A DNA stretch of 64,000 nt from a bacterium UBP13_UBA5359 (lineage in GTDB: Bacteria; UBP13; UBA5359). The notes under the pieces are model-generated. The model saw nothing but the letters and a program-made list of their open reading frames with translations, was not told where the DNA came from and ran no database searches. The position numbers and the translations under genes were made by a program. This document shows, in pieces, positions 8,603 to 18,192 of this stretch. The stretch spans positions 1 to 64,000 of the forward strand of contig DHPR01000029.1 in the NCBI GenBank assembly GCA_002410925.1, read 5' to 3'. The first letter of the stretch is position 1, and every line of letters begins with the position of its first letter.

Positions 8603-9552
8603 TCCTTCTCACCACCGTCAACAGGCACCTCTTCCAGAAGTCGTTCAATAATCCTGCGCCCGTCAATTCCGTGCAGCGTTACCTCTGGACGCAATATCAA
8701 ACGATGAGCCAAAACATCACCAGCCATAGCTTTTATGTCATCCGGCAAAACATAATCTCTCCCTTTTATAACAGCCAACGCTTGAGAAGAGCGGTAGAGA
8801 GCTATAGATCCTCTGGGAGATGCACCCAGATAGACATCCTTTTCTATGCGAGTAGCCCTTACCAGCCGAAGAATATAGGCCCGGGCAACATCGCTGACCA
8901 CTATGCCATGGATATATTCACTTATAGATACTATATCCTCAGGTTCGACAATTCTCCTGGCCTGCTCAAGGCCGCTTTGGCCGCCCTGGCTGCGCAATAT
9001 GGCATCTTCCGCATCAGCTTCAGGATAGCCAGGGGATAAACACATCTGGAATCTGTCCAGCTGAGCTTCCGGCAAAGGATATGTTCCTTCATACTCTACC
9101 GGGTTCTGAGTACCTATGACAAAGAAGGGTTTTTTCAAAGGATACGTTCTGCCTTCAGCCGATACCTGCCGTTCCTCCATGCATTCCAGCAAGCTGGACT
9201 GAGTCTTGGGACTGGAACGATTGATCTCATCCGCCAGCAAGATATTAGTAAAGACAGGGCCGGGCTGAAACTCAAAAGTACTCTCTCCCTGATTATAAAC
9301 AACCGATCCCGTAATATCCGAAGGCACAAGATCAGGAGTAAATTGCACGCGCTTGAAATCGCAGCCTGAGACAAGACCGAAAGCTTTGGCCAAAACAGTT
9401 TTGCCTACTCCCGGCACATCTTCAAGCAATAAATGACCGCCGCTCAACATAGCTGACAACGCATGTTCAAGCACCTGCCGCTTACCGATGATAATTTTCT
9501 CCAATTCTGATAATATATCCGTTATAGCAATCATTACTTCTTCACGTGTCAT
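8599..9552 (-). CDS. moxR: MoxR-family AAA+ ATPase
   Basis: GHLLLEDVPGVGKT, RVQFTPDL, LLADEINR, TQNPVEYEGTYPLPEAQLDRF, GASPRG. Confidence 0.96.
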   Translation of the reverse strand: MTREEVMIAITDILSELEKIIIGKRQVLEHALSAMLSGGHLLLEDVPGVGKTVLAKAFGLVSGCDFKRVQFTPDLVPSDITGSVVYNQGESTFEFQPGPVFTNILLADEINRSSPKTQSSLLECMEERQVSAEGRTYPLKKPFFVIGTQNPVEYEGTYPLPEAQLDRFQMCLSPGYPEADAEDAILRSQGGQSGLEQARRIVEPEDIVSISEYIHGIVVSDVARAYILRLVRATRIEKDVYLGASPRGSIALYRSSQALAVIKGRDYVLPDDIKAMAGDVLAHRLILRPEVTLHGIDGRRIIERLLEEVPVDGGEKD

Positions 9553-9594
9553 AGCTCATTCTCCTAAAAAGGTGTTAAAGCGCCCCGATCCAAA

Positions 9595-10257
9595 TCAAGG
9601 CCTGAAATAATCAAGTCGGTCCTCCCGCCCCATTACGATAAGAATATCGCCCTCTTCCAAACGATCTGCGCCACCGGGAGATACAATCAGATTATTGCCT
9701 CTCTTTATTACCAGTATATTTATACCCATCATGGTCTTCAAGCCCAATTCGGACAAGGTCTTTCCAAACATCTTGGCCGGCGTAGATACCTCGACAATGC
9801 TGTAATCCGCAGTCAGAGGAATATAATCCACTATTGTCTGGGATATCAGGCTATGAGCCACCTTGACTCCCATATCTCGCTCCGGAAATACCACTCTATC
9901 CGCTCCAACCTTCATCAGAATATTGCTCTGGATATTGCTGAGCGCCTTGGCTACGATATACCTGGCGCCTAATTGCTTGAGATTCAGAGTTATTATTATA
10001 CTATCCTCAAGATTGGAGCCGCGTCCAACAATAACAACATCAAAATTTGTTACTCCCAGGCTATGCATCGCCTCCATATCGGTGGCATCCATTTGAACCA
10101 CATGCGTGACATCGTCCATCATATTGCGAACGATCTCCGCATTATTATCGACGCCCAAGACCTCATGTCCCATGCCGTATAAAGTCCTGGCCACACTAGC
10201 GCCGAAAAAGCCCAGGCCGATTACCAGAAAGCTCTTCTTTTTCATATCATCACTCAC
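9595..10257 (-). CDS. ktrA: Ktr/Trk K+ uptake RCK subunit
   Basis: VIGLGFFG Rossmann motif, GADRVVFPERDMG, TrkA_C domain. Confidence 0.93.
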   Translation of the reverse strand: MSDDMKKKSFLVIGLGFFGASVARTLYGMGHEVLGVDNNAEIVRNMMDDVTHVVQMDATDMEAMHSLGVTNFDVVIVGRGSNLEDSIIITLNLKQLGARYIVAKALSNIQSNILMKVGADRVVFPERDMGVKVAHSLISQTIVDYIPLTADYSIVEVSTPAKMFGKTLSELGLKTMMGINILVIKRGNNLIVSPGGADRLEEGDILIVMGREDRLDYFRP

Positions 10258-11621
10258 CCTATCGATATTCTTTCTTCAGGATATGATACCGGTACTCCTC
10301 TTCTGCGTTGAGCCAGAGCGGTCGCAAGAGTCAGCGGGCCTACTCTACCTGCAAACATGACAAAGGGTATTATCATCTTCCCTGCAATAGAAAGTTTTGG
10401 CGTAATACCTGTGCTTAGCCCCACCGTGCCGAAGGCTGAAACCACTTCGAAAAGGATACTCATAAACTCCTTATCCTCTATTATTACCAGAGCCATGGTG
10501 GCTATCACCACCAGGAAGAGCGCCAGCAAGGTTATCGCCAAAGCGCGCAGAGCCAGATCAAAAGGAATACGCCTGCCACTGATATTTATTTCCTCCCCCG
10601 CACTGATTACCGACCCTGCGCTGATTAGCAACAACGCAAATGTGGTCGTTTTTATGCCCCCGCCCGTTCCTCCCGGCGATGCGCCTACGAACATCAGTAT
10701 GACGATAAGCAGCAATGTCGCCCCGCTCATATCTCCTATGCTGATCGTGTTAAAACCTGCTGTTCTAGGCGTTACCGCCTGAAAAAAGGAGGCCCATATC
10801 TTCTGTATCAAGGAGAGCTTTCCCAAAGTAGCCGGATTGCCGTATTCAAGAAAAAATATAGCCAGAGTTCCAGCAGCTATGAGTACAATCGTAGTAACAA
10901 GCACTATTTTAGTATGCAACAGCAAGTGAGGATGGCGATGTCTCCGCGTATCATAAAGATCGGCGATAACCATGAAGCCTATTCCACCGCTCGTTATCAG
11001 ACTGCAAATCACGATATTGACCAGAGGGTCACCGACAAAAGCCGTAAGATTAGTAAAAGGACCTGTATAGGGCCCAAGTATATCGAAGCCGGCGTTACAG
11101 AAAGCGGAAACCGCATGAAAGATCGATAGGAAAAGGCCTCGTTTGAATCCGTAAAGCGGCCACCATCTGATCAACAGCAGAAGCGCTCCTGTTCCCTCTA
11201 TGATAAAGGTCACCCGTACTACATATTTAACCAGCTTGACCATACCCTGCAATGAAATCTGGCCCAGGGATTCTCTGATAAGCAATCTCTCCCGCAGCCC
11301 GATTCTTCGCCGTAAAATAGCAAAGATTATCGTCGACATGGTCATAAAGCCCAGCCCGCCTATCTGTATCAACATCAGTATGACCAATTGCCCAAGGAAG
11401 GTAAAGGTAGTGCCCGTATCCGTCACTACCAATCCTGTAACACAAACAGCGGAGTTGGATGTAAAAAAAGCATCCAGCGGAGATAGATGCTTCCCTGCCT
11501 GAGTCATTCCGGGTAAGGAGAGCAGAAAAGCCCCGACAATGATCACCAGAAGGAAACCCAGAACCATTACCTGCGGCGGTGTTAAACTGCTCTTTTTGTT
11601 AATTCCAGCTGCGACCGACAT
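10254..11621 (-). CDS. ktrB: Ktr/Trk K+ uptake membrane subunit
   Basis: SAVCVTGL, SAFCNAGF, PRTAGFN, GASPGGTGGGIKTTT, FEVVSAFGTVGLSTG. Confidence 0.95.
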   Translation of the reverse strand: MSVAAGINKKSSLTPPQVMVLGFLLVIIVGAFLLSLPGMTQAGKHLSPLDAFFTSNSAVCVTGLVVTDTGTTFTFLGQLVILMLIQIGGLGFMTMSTIIFAILRRRIGLRERLLIRESLGQISLQGMVKLVKYVVRVTFIIEGTGALLLLIRWWPLYGFKRGLFLSIFHAVSAFCNAGFDILGPYTGPFTNLTAFVGDPLVNIVICSLITSGGIGFMVIADLYDTRRHRHPHLLLHTKIVLVTTIVLIAAGTLAIFFLEYGNPATLGKLSLIQKIWASFFQAVTPRTAGFNTISIGDMSGATLLLIVILMFVGASPGGTGGGIKTTTFALLLISAGSVISAGEEINISGRRIPFDLALRALAITLLALFLVVIATMALVIIEDKEFMSILFEVVSAFGTVGLSTGITPKLSIAGKMIIPFVMFAGRVGPLTLATALAQRRRGVPVSYPEERISIG

Positions 11622-13737
11622 TCTTATGCTCCGCACCCTTCTCGCTCATAGACTTTAGAGCCTCTTTTACCAACCAACTGCCGTCATCATTGGCTGACAA
11701 AAACTCTGCCTCGCTGTTTGCAATAGATATCTCTCCCAGATTACTTGCCACCAGACATCGCAAAGCATGGGCCTTGATATTTTTCGGTTCAACAATCACT
11801 GCTCTTGACAGCAGAGGTAATGCCCTTTCAGGCTGGCCTTTATATGCCAGCAAGTTGCCGAAATTAACCAGGGTAAGCGCATAATTAGGATCATGAGAGA
11901 TGCTTCTAACGTAGTACCGCATAGCCTGGTCATAATCCTCTAGATTCATATAAGAGGCGGCAATCAGGTTTAAAGCGGATTCCGGATTATCGGTAACCGG
12001 CAACGCTCTTTCAGCGGCTTCCACTGCGTCCTTCAATAACTGCCGGCAGATAGAAGCTTTATCCCTCTTCTTTTCAGCTAATTTGAAATACTTCTGTCCC
12101 AGCGAAAGCCATCCACAGCCCGATTTAGGCAGATAAGCTACCGCCTGCCGGTTATGCTTAACGGCCTCTTCAAGCTGTCCTTTGCTTGCCAGAGAATCTG
12201 CTGCCCATATACCGGAATAACCCCGGTATGTTCTGTATACAGATAAGATATTCACAGCTGCCAGAAGAAGCAGGCATAGTGCCGGCAGTTTGAGAAGCGC
12301 TCCCTTTGAATCTCCAGGTGCGTTTGCCTCTTTAGAAGCCTGAAGCGCGGGTAGGTGCCGAGGCGCTGAAGGTTCTAAAGTAAACCACCAGTAAAGCTCT
12401 ATCACCCCGATATAGAGATAGAAATAGACCAGGGTGGCAAGAATATCGAAATTGGCCAGATTATGAATTAATACCGCTATAAAGGAGGCTCCTATTGAAG
12501 TAGCCAGCGCCAAATCTTCCCGAGATCGCTGCAGAGGTATAAAAACAAAAATTCTGCGCATGGAAAGAGCAATTATCGCCAGATATACCAAGAGGCCGAA
12601 AAAGCCGTAGTTGGCTAAATAAGCCAGATAATTATTGTGTGGGTTATCATAGTTGGTTCCAGGCTCAAGCCTGGCCAGCTCCAGCGATTTAAGCGGAGTA
12701 AAAGCCACACGAAAAGCCTCATGCCCTGAACCGAACAAGGGAGACTGCTTTACCAGCGCCAGTGAATCGCGCCACAATAGAAGCCTGACTCTGACTGTAA
12801 AGGGATCCTGGAGGCGATTCATTATCCCCTGTGATAAACCGGATGTCTTTAAGCCGGCAGCAACCAACGCTATCAACAGAAGCATCACCATCGCTGCTTT
12901 AAGCCGGTTTATGCTTTTACCAGAGTTCGTATTCTCTTTATGGCGGCCTGCCGCTATCACTATGATAAAAAACAAGGTCCCGGCAAGGGCTCCTATCCAG
13001 GCCCCTCTGGTATAAGTAGCAACAAGAACAGCCGCTGTCAGTATAAAGGAAAGTATATAAAAGACTTTCCCCACGCGGTGCTTGACGTAGAAGTATAATC
13101 CCAAATTAAGGAAGACGCAATAAAGAAGTGTATTGGCAAGGAATTCAGGGTTTCCGATGGTGGAATAAATACGAGGTCCGTAAACTTGCTCAAAGCCTGC
13201 TAGATCAGGAAAAAATCTTTGAATCATACCAAAGATAGAAAGCAAGAAACCTGCCATGGCAAAGGCCTTGAGCAAGAATATTAACTGCTCCCGCCGTTGT
13301 ATAGCCAAAGTCACTGTCCAGAAAAGTGCAATCAGGCTTATGGCCGTCGGCAGGCTCAAACTGCGAATATCGCTTCCATACCATGACAACGAAGGCTTGA
13401 CGGAGAATACGGTAGATAGCGCCAAACTGATGACCTGCAGCAACAACAGGACCGTCATGATCGATGGCCATCTCTTTATCCTCTGCAGCAATGCAGCTAG
13501 GGAATGCGGGAAGCCCGAAGACTGAAGCTTTTCAGATGCAATCTCTTTATCCCCCTGCACCTTTGTGCCTGACAAAAAAAACCAAGCCAGAGCTACCATA
13601 ATCAAGCTGAATAGACTGGAAAATACCAGCAGCTTGGGTATCAAAAAGGCGAATATCGGCCGCCTGAAAAAAGCTAACGGAACTGCCAATACCAGCAGGT
13701 AATGAAGATAAACGGCCATATTCCACGAGACTTTCAA
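11599..13737 (-). CDS. O-antigen ligase-like (Wzy_C) membrane protein with C-terminal TPRs
   Basis: STIGNPEFLA, TYTRGAWIG, RLLLWRDSL...PLFGSG, NPHNNYL, then TPR repeats. Confidence 0.88.
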   Translation of the reverse strand: MKVSWNMAVYLHYLLVLAVPLAFFRRPIFAFLIPKLLVFSSLFSLIMVALAWFFLSGTKVQGDKEIASEKLQSSGFPHSLAALLQRIKRWPSIMTVLLLLQVISLALSTVFSVKPSLSWYGSDIRSLSLPTAISLIALFWTVTLAIQRREQLIFLLKAFAMAGFLLSIFGMIQRFFPDLAGFEQVYGPRIYSTIGNPEFLANTLLYCVFLNLGLYFYVKHRVGKVFYILSFILTAAVLVATYTRGAWIGALAGTLFFIIVIAAGRHKENTNSGKSINRLKAAMVMLLLIALVAAGLKTSGLSQGIMNRLQDPFTVRVRLLLWRDSLALVKQSPLFGSGHEAFRVAFTPLKSLELARLEPGTNYDNPHNNYLAYLANYGFFGLLVYLAIIALSMRRIFVFIPLQRSREDLALATSIGASFIAVLIHNLANFDILATLVYFYLYIGVIELYWWFTLEPSAPRHLPALQASKEANAPGDSKGALLKLPALCLLLLAAVNILSVYRTYRGYSGIWAADSLASKGQLEEAVKHNRQAVAYLPKSGCGWLSLGQKYFKLAEKKRDKASICRQLLKDAVEAAERALPVTDNPESALNLIAASYMNLEDYDQAMRYYVRSISHDPNYALTLVNFGNLLAYKGQPERALPLLSRAVIVEPKNIKAHALRCLVASNLGEISIANSEAEFLSANDDGSWLVKEALKSMSEKGAEHKNVGRSWN

Positions 13738-14843
13738 TGTCTTGACTCCCGCAAAACATCCTGCGTGCCGCTGCCGCTGAATATACCTCGCATATTCAAA
13801 TCAAACTCCCTGGCATTGTCCGCCTTGGATAATGCCTCTTCATAAGTGACGATTTCCTGCTTGCAAAGCTCCACCAGAGATTGATTCAGCGTATGCATAC
13901 CATGAAAAGAACCCTTCTGTATCTCCCCGTATATAGTTCTGGCGGATGCCTCCTCAAGAATCATATCCCTAATTGTAGGCGAAGCTATAAGTATCTCCGT
14001 AGCCAGGGCACGCCCGCTGCCGTCCTTTTTAGCCAGTAGCCGTTGTGAGATAATGCCCTGTAGATTGTTAGCCAGTTGCAGCCTGATCTGCATCTGCTGG
14101 CCGGAAGGAAAGACATCGATTATACGGTCCACTGTCTGAGCCGCATCGGCCGTATGCAAAGTACTTAAAACCAAATGGCCGGTTTCAGCAGCGGTAATGG
14201 CTGCAGCTATAGTTTCCGGATCCCGCATCTCACCAATAAGAATAACATCCGGATCCTGCCTCAGAACATGCTTTAACGCCAAAGCGAATGAATCGGTATC
14301 CAGACCTATCTCCCGCTGACTTATCAAACTCTTCTTATCCTCGTAAAGAAATTCTATGGGATCTTCAATGGTCACTATATGGCACGATCTATTGATATTT
14401 ATCTGCTCTATCATAGCTGCCAGAGTGGTAGATTTGCCTGAACCGGTAGGCCCGGTTACCAGCACCAGGCCTCGGTTATGCCTGGTCAGATCCTTAGCTA
14501 TTAGAGGAAGCCCCAGAGCCTCGAGCGCCGGCACCTCTACGGGAACCATACGAACCGCTATCTCCACCGTGCCGCACTGTTTGAAGATATTTACCCTGAA
14601 ACGAGCCAGATTCTCTATACTATAGGCCAAATCCATCTCGTAACAGCCCTCTTCCATCCTTCGCCGTTGTGCTGGAGAGAGCATGCCCCCGGCAAGCGCC
14701 AGAGTAGTATCAGGGGATAACGGCTCGTTACCAGCAGTTACCAGCTGCCCATTGATACGTATTACAGGCGGAACACCGGCTTTTATATGTAAATCCGATC
14801 CTTTGTGCTCCACCATTAAATTCAGTAGTTCATCTATATGCAT
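13734..14843 (-). CDS. PilT/PilU-family retraction ATPase (copy 3, divergent)
   Basis: SDLHIKAG, GPTGSGKST, TIEDPIE, LRQDPDVILIGEMRD, AETGHLVLSTLH. AIRNLIRE motif altered to TIRDMILE. Confidence 0.93.
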   Translation of the reverse strand: MHIDELLNLMVEHKGSDLHIKAGVPPVIRINGQLVTAGNEPLSPDTTLALAGGMLSPAQRRRMEEGCYEMDLAYSIENLARFRVNIFKQCGTVEIAVRMVPVEVPALEALGLPLIAKDLTRHNRGLVLVTGPTGSGKSTTLAAMIEQININRSCHIVTIEDPIEFLYEDKKSLISQREIGLDTDSFALALKHVLRQDPDVILIGEMRDPETIAAAITAAETGHLVLSTLHTADAAQTVDRIIDVFPSGQQMQIRLQLANNLQGIISQRLLAKKDGSGRALATEILIASPTIRDMILEEASARTIYGEIQKGSFHGMHTLNQSLVELCKQEIVTYEEALSKADNAREFDLNMRGIFSGSGTQDVLRESRH

Positions 14844-14862
14844 AATTTGCTCAACTTCAAGC

Positions 14863-15915
14863 TTACTCCAGCATCTGTTCAAATGCCTGCGGATTATGAA
14901 CCTTGGATAATGCTTCTTCCTTAGTAATAAGACCCTTGGCATAGAGATCAAGAAGGCACTGATCAAGCGTCATCATACCCAGCTTGCTGCCGGTCTGCAG
15001 CATGGAGGCTATCTGATGTGTTTTAGCCTCACGAATCATATTGCGTATGGCCGGACTGGCCACCATGACTTCAAAGGCCGCTACGCGCCCTTTGCCATCA
15101 GCCTTGCGACAGAGCATCTGTGAAATGACTCCCAGCAGGTTAACCGAAAGCTGCATCCTGACTTGAGCCTGTTGATGAATGGGGAAAACGTCGATAATTC
15201 TATCGACGGTTTGAACTGCATCCGTAGTGTGCAGCGTTCCAAATACCAGGTGTCCGGTCTCAGCCGAGGTGATCGCCAAAGATATAGTTTCCAAGTCTCT
15301 CATCTCACCCACAAGGATAACATCGGGATCCTGCCGCAGAACTGCGCGCAGAGCGGCAGAGAAGGAGTAAGTATCCTCACCCAACTCACGCTGATTAACA
15401 AGCGCCTCTTTATCCTCATAGACAAACTCCACCGGGTCCTCCATAGTCATTATATGGCAGGCCTCCTGAGCGTTGCGATAATCAAGCATAGCGGCTAAAG
15501 TGGTGGTTTTACCCGAACCTGTAGGACCGGTTACCAAAACCAATCCTCTGGGCTTCATTGCCAGATCGGCACAAACCTGAGGCAGACTCAGCTCTTCCAT
15601 AGTCTTTATCCTCAAAGGTATGGCACGAAAACAACCGCCTATAGTCTCCCGCTGTTGAAAGACATTAACACGGAACCTGGCCAGTCCCTCTATGCTATAG
15701 GCCAGATCCAGTTCCAGATCACGTTCAAAACGCGCCTGCCTTTCAGGAGTCAGAATGCTGTATATAAGCGCGCGGCATTTATCATTATCAAGCACCTCGA
15801 ACTCAGAAGGGACAAGCTCGCCGTAAATTCTCAACATCGGTGAACAGCCGGCCTTGAGAATGACGTCAGATGCATCCTTCTCTACGGCGTTTCTCAATAT
15901 ATCATCTAAAACCAT
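14863..15915 (-). CDS. pilT: PilT-family retraction ATPase (copy 2)
   Basis: GPTGSGKTT, EDPVE, GEMRD, TLHT, AIRNMIRE, GMMTLDQ. Confidence 0.95.
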   Translation of the reverse strand: MVLDDILRNAVEKDASDVILKAGCSPMLRIYGELVPSEFEVLDNDKCRALIYSILTPERQARFERDLELDLAYSIEGLARFRVNVFQQRETIGGCFRAIPLRIKTMEELSLPQVCADLAMKPRGLVLVTGPTGSGKTTTLAAMLDYRNAQEACHIMTMEDPVEFVYEDKEALVNQRELGEDTYSFSAALRAVLRQDPDVILVGEMRDLETISLAITSAETGHLVFGTLHTTDAVQTVDRIIDVFPIHQQAQVRMQLSVNLLGVISQMLCRKADGKGRVAAFEVMVASPAIRNMIREAKTHQIASMLQTGSKLGMMTLDQCLLDLYAKGLITKEEALSKVHNPQAFEQMLE

Positions 15916-15930
15916 AGTCCTGCACCCTCC

Positions 15931-17016
15931 TTATTTGGCCCCGATAGCCAGCCCGCCGGTAGCCTGGCGCAGCAGATGAACAAACTCGGCCGGGTTGGAG
16001 CTCTTGGCCAAAGCATTCTCTGCCTCGATAACGCCATTTACCACCAGATCTCTGAGATACTGATCCAGGCTGATCATGCCGTATGAACCACCGGTCTGGA
16101 TAATGGAGTACATCTGATGAGTTTTACCTTCACGTATCAGACTTCGTATAGCCGGAGTAGCCACCATTATCTCAAAAGCAGCCACTCGTCCACCTGTTTT
16201 GCGAGGCAGGAGCGTCTGAGATATAACCCCTTGCAGCGTAATAGCCAGCTGTGCTCGCACCTGTTCCTGCTGCTCGGGCGGGAAAACGTCTATAACACGG
16301 TCGATAGTTTGAGCTGCGTCAGTAGTATGCAGCGTTCCAAATACCAGGTGCCCCGTCTCAGCCGCGGTGATTGCCAGAGATATCGTCTCCAGGTCACGCA
16401 TCTCGCCAACCAGAATAACATCAGGATTCTGACGTAAAGCATGTTTCAACGCATCTGCAAAGGAATGCGTGTCCACCCCCAACTCACGCTGATTTACAAC
16501 GCATTTTTTATCCGCATGTACAAATTCCACGGGATCTTCAATAGTCAATACGTGGCCGCGTTTTCTGTCATTGATATAATCTATCATGGCGGCAAGCGAA
16601 GTGGACTTGCCTGAACCTGTCGGCCCGGTTACCAATACCAGGCCTCTCGGCTTATCGGCAAGCTCTTTGGTAACCTCCGGCAACTTTAGATCTTCAATGG
16701 TCAGCACTTTGATAGGAATCAATCGCAAAACAGCTCCGATGACATTCCTCTGCTGAAAGACGTTGACACGGAAACGAGCAACTCCGGGCACTGAATGGGC
16801 AAGGTCAAGCTCATGTGTCTCTTCAAATCTGGCTCTGCGCTCATCATTTAAAATAGCGTAGATAAGCTCCTTATTGCTCTCAGGAGTCAATACCGGCCAT
16901 TGCGTCATCCTCTTCATTTTACCGTGAATACGCATAACCGGGGGCTCCCCAACCTTAAGATGCAGGTCGGAAGCATTTATTTCCACCATTTTTCTGAGCA
17001 TATCGTCTATATGCAT
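15931..17016 (-). CDS. pilT: PilT-family retraction ATPase (copy 1)
   Basis: ASDLHL, GPTGSGKST, EDPVE, GEMRD, TLHT, AIRSLIRE. Confidence 0.95.
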   Translation of the reverse strand: MHIDDMLRKMVEINASDLHLKVGEPPVMRIHGKMKRMTQWPVLTPESNKELIYAILNDERRARFEETHELDLAHSVPGVARFRVNVFQQRNVIGAVLRLIPIKVLTIEDLKLPEVTKELADKPRGLVLVTGPTGSGKSTSLAAMIDYINDRKRGHVLTIEDPVEFVHADKKCVVNQRELGVDTHSFADALKHALRQNPDVILVGEMRDLETISLAITAAETGHLVFGTLHTTDAAQTIDRVIDVFPPEQQEQVRAQLAITLQGVISQTLLPRKTGGRVAAFEIMVATPAIRSLIREGKTHQMYSIIQTGGSYGMISLDQYLRDLVVNGVIEAENALAKSSNPAEFVHLLRQATGGLAIGAK

Positions 17017-17054
17017 CCGTTATAACCCCCAAACACGGATTACAACCCCGTTGT

Positions 17055-17924
17055 TCAATCGATTACTTTATTCAAAGGATACTCCACTATGCCCTGAGCA
17101 CCCACTCGCTTCAATTGCGGTATAATATCCCGGACGACCCTGGAGCTGACAATGGTATCCAGGCTGTACCAATTATTTCCGACCAACTGAGAAACGGTCG
17201 GCTTCTTCAAAGCCGGAAGTATGCTGATTACATCATTCAGGCGATCACCGGGAACATTCATTTTAAGTCCGACCATATCCTCGGCTCTCAAGGCACCCTT
17301 AAGCATAATTACCAGATTTTCTATCTTGGTTCGCTTCCACTTGTTCTGCCAGGCTTCCTTGTTGACAATAAGCTTGGTAGAGGATTGAAGAATGTCATCC
17401 ACAATGCGCAAATTATTGGCCTTAAGAGAGCGTCCCGTTTCAGTCAACTCCACTATAGCATCGACCAGATGCGGAACCTTGACTTCGGTAGCGCCCCAGG
17501 AGAACTCCACCGTGGCCTTTACACCTCTGGCGGCCAGATAATCCTTTGTAGCATCTACCAGCTCTGTCGCAATGCGCTTGCCCTCAAGATCCTTTACGCT
17601 TTTGATATCGGAATCCTGCGGTACCGCCAGAACCCAACGAACAGGCTTCATGCCCGCTTTTGCGTAAAGCAGGTCGGCCACTTCCACTACATCTGCCCGA
17701 TTCTCCATTATCCAGTCTTTACCGGTAAGTCCCATATCCAGGATACCATCCTGAACATAGCGCGGTATTTCCTGTGCTCTTATCAGCATGCAATCCATCT
17801 CATCATCGTTGATCACAGGAAAATACGATCTATCACCGACAGATATACCGTAGCCCGCTTTACGAAAGAGATTAAATGTAGCCTCCTGGAGGCTTCCTTT
17901 AGGCAGTGCGACTTTTAGCTTCAT
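17055..17924 (-). CDS. hisG: ATP phosphoribosyltransferase, long form
   Basis: [44 protein letters not shown]-terminal regulatory domain ([18 protein letters not shown]). Confidence 0.96.
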   Translation of the reverse strand: MKLKVALPKGSLQEATFNLFRKAGYGISVGDRSYFPVINDDEMDCMLIRAQEIPRYVQDGILDMGLTGKDWIMENRADVVEVADLLYAKAGMKPVRWVLAVPQDSDIKSVKDLEGKRIATELVDATKDYLAARGVKATVEFSWGATEVKVPHLVDAIVELTETGRSLKANNLRIVDDILQSSTKLIVNKEAWQNKWKRTKIENLVIMLKGALRAEDMVGLKMNVPGDRLNDVISILPALKKPTVSQLVGNNWYSLDTIVSSRVVRDIIPQLKRVGAQGIVEYPLNKVID

Positions 17925-18007
17925 CTTTTTTCCTTTCCATAGCTCCCGGTACATAACAGGCGTATCTATTATTCTTCGGAAACATAATATCCAGCATAAC
18001 AGATTTA

Positions 18008-18036
18008 ATTATAGTAGCAGACAGAAAGACTTTCAA
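18008..18036 (-). promoter_or_regulatory. Sigma-70 promoter of the hisG-pilT gene string
   Basis: TTGAAA-N17-TATAAT. Confidence 0.65.
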
Positions 18037-18049
18037 GAGGCGGAAAAGC

Positions 18050-18082
18050 AGAAAGGCCGCCTGAAGAGGCAACCTTTCTTTC
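18050..18082 (-). terminator. Probable terminator downstream of the pilin-FecR gene
   Basis: GAAAGGTTGCCTCTTCAGGCGGCCTTTC hairpin. Confidence 0.5.
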
Positions 18083-18192
18083 CCGAAAGCAGCAGTGCAG
18101 ACCGGGCATTAAACATTAAGACCGCTTGCAGGCTCAGGAGGCAGGAATAATTCCATCAGGCGTATTAATGTTCATGCTCAAAGAGCACATTA

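Noticed and set aside
17115-17918. Long antisense ORFs (this one, also 2920-3510, 25128-25682, 35740-36282, 39526-40158)
   Set aside because: They are shadows of well-supported genes on the opposite strand and carry no recognisable motifs.
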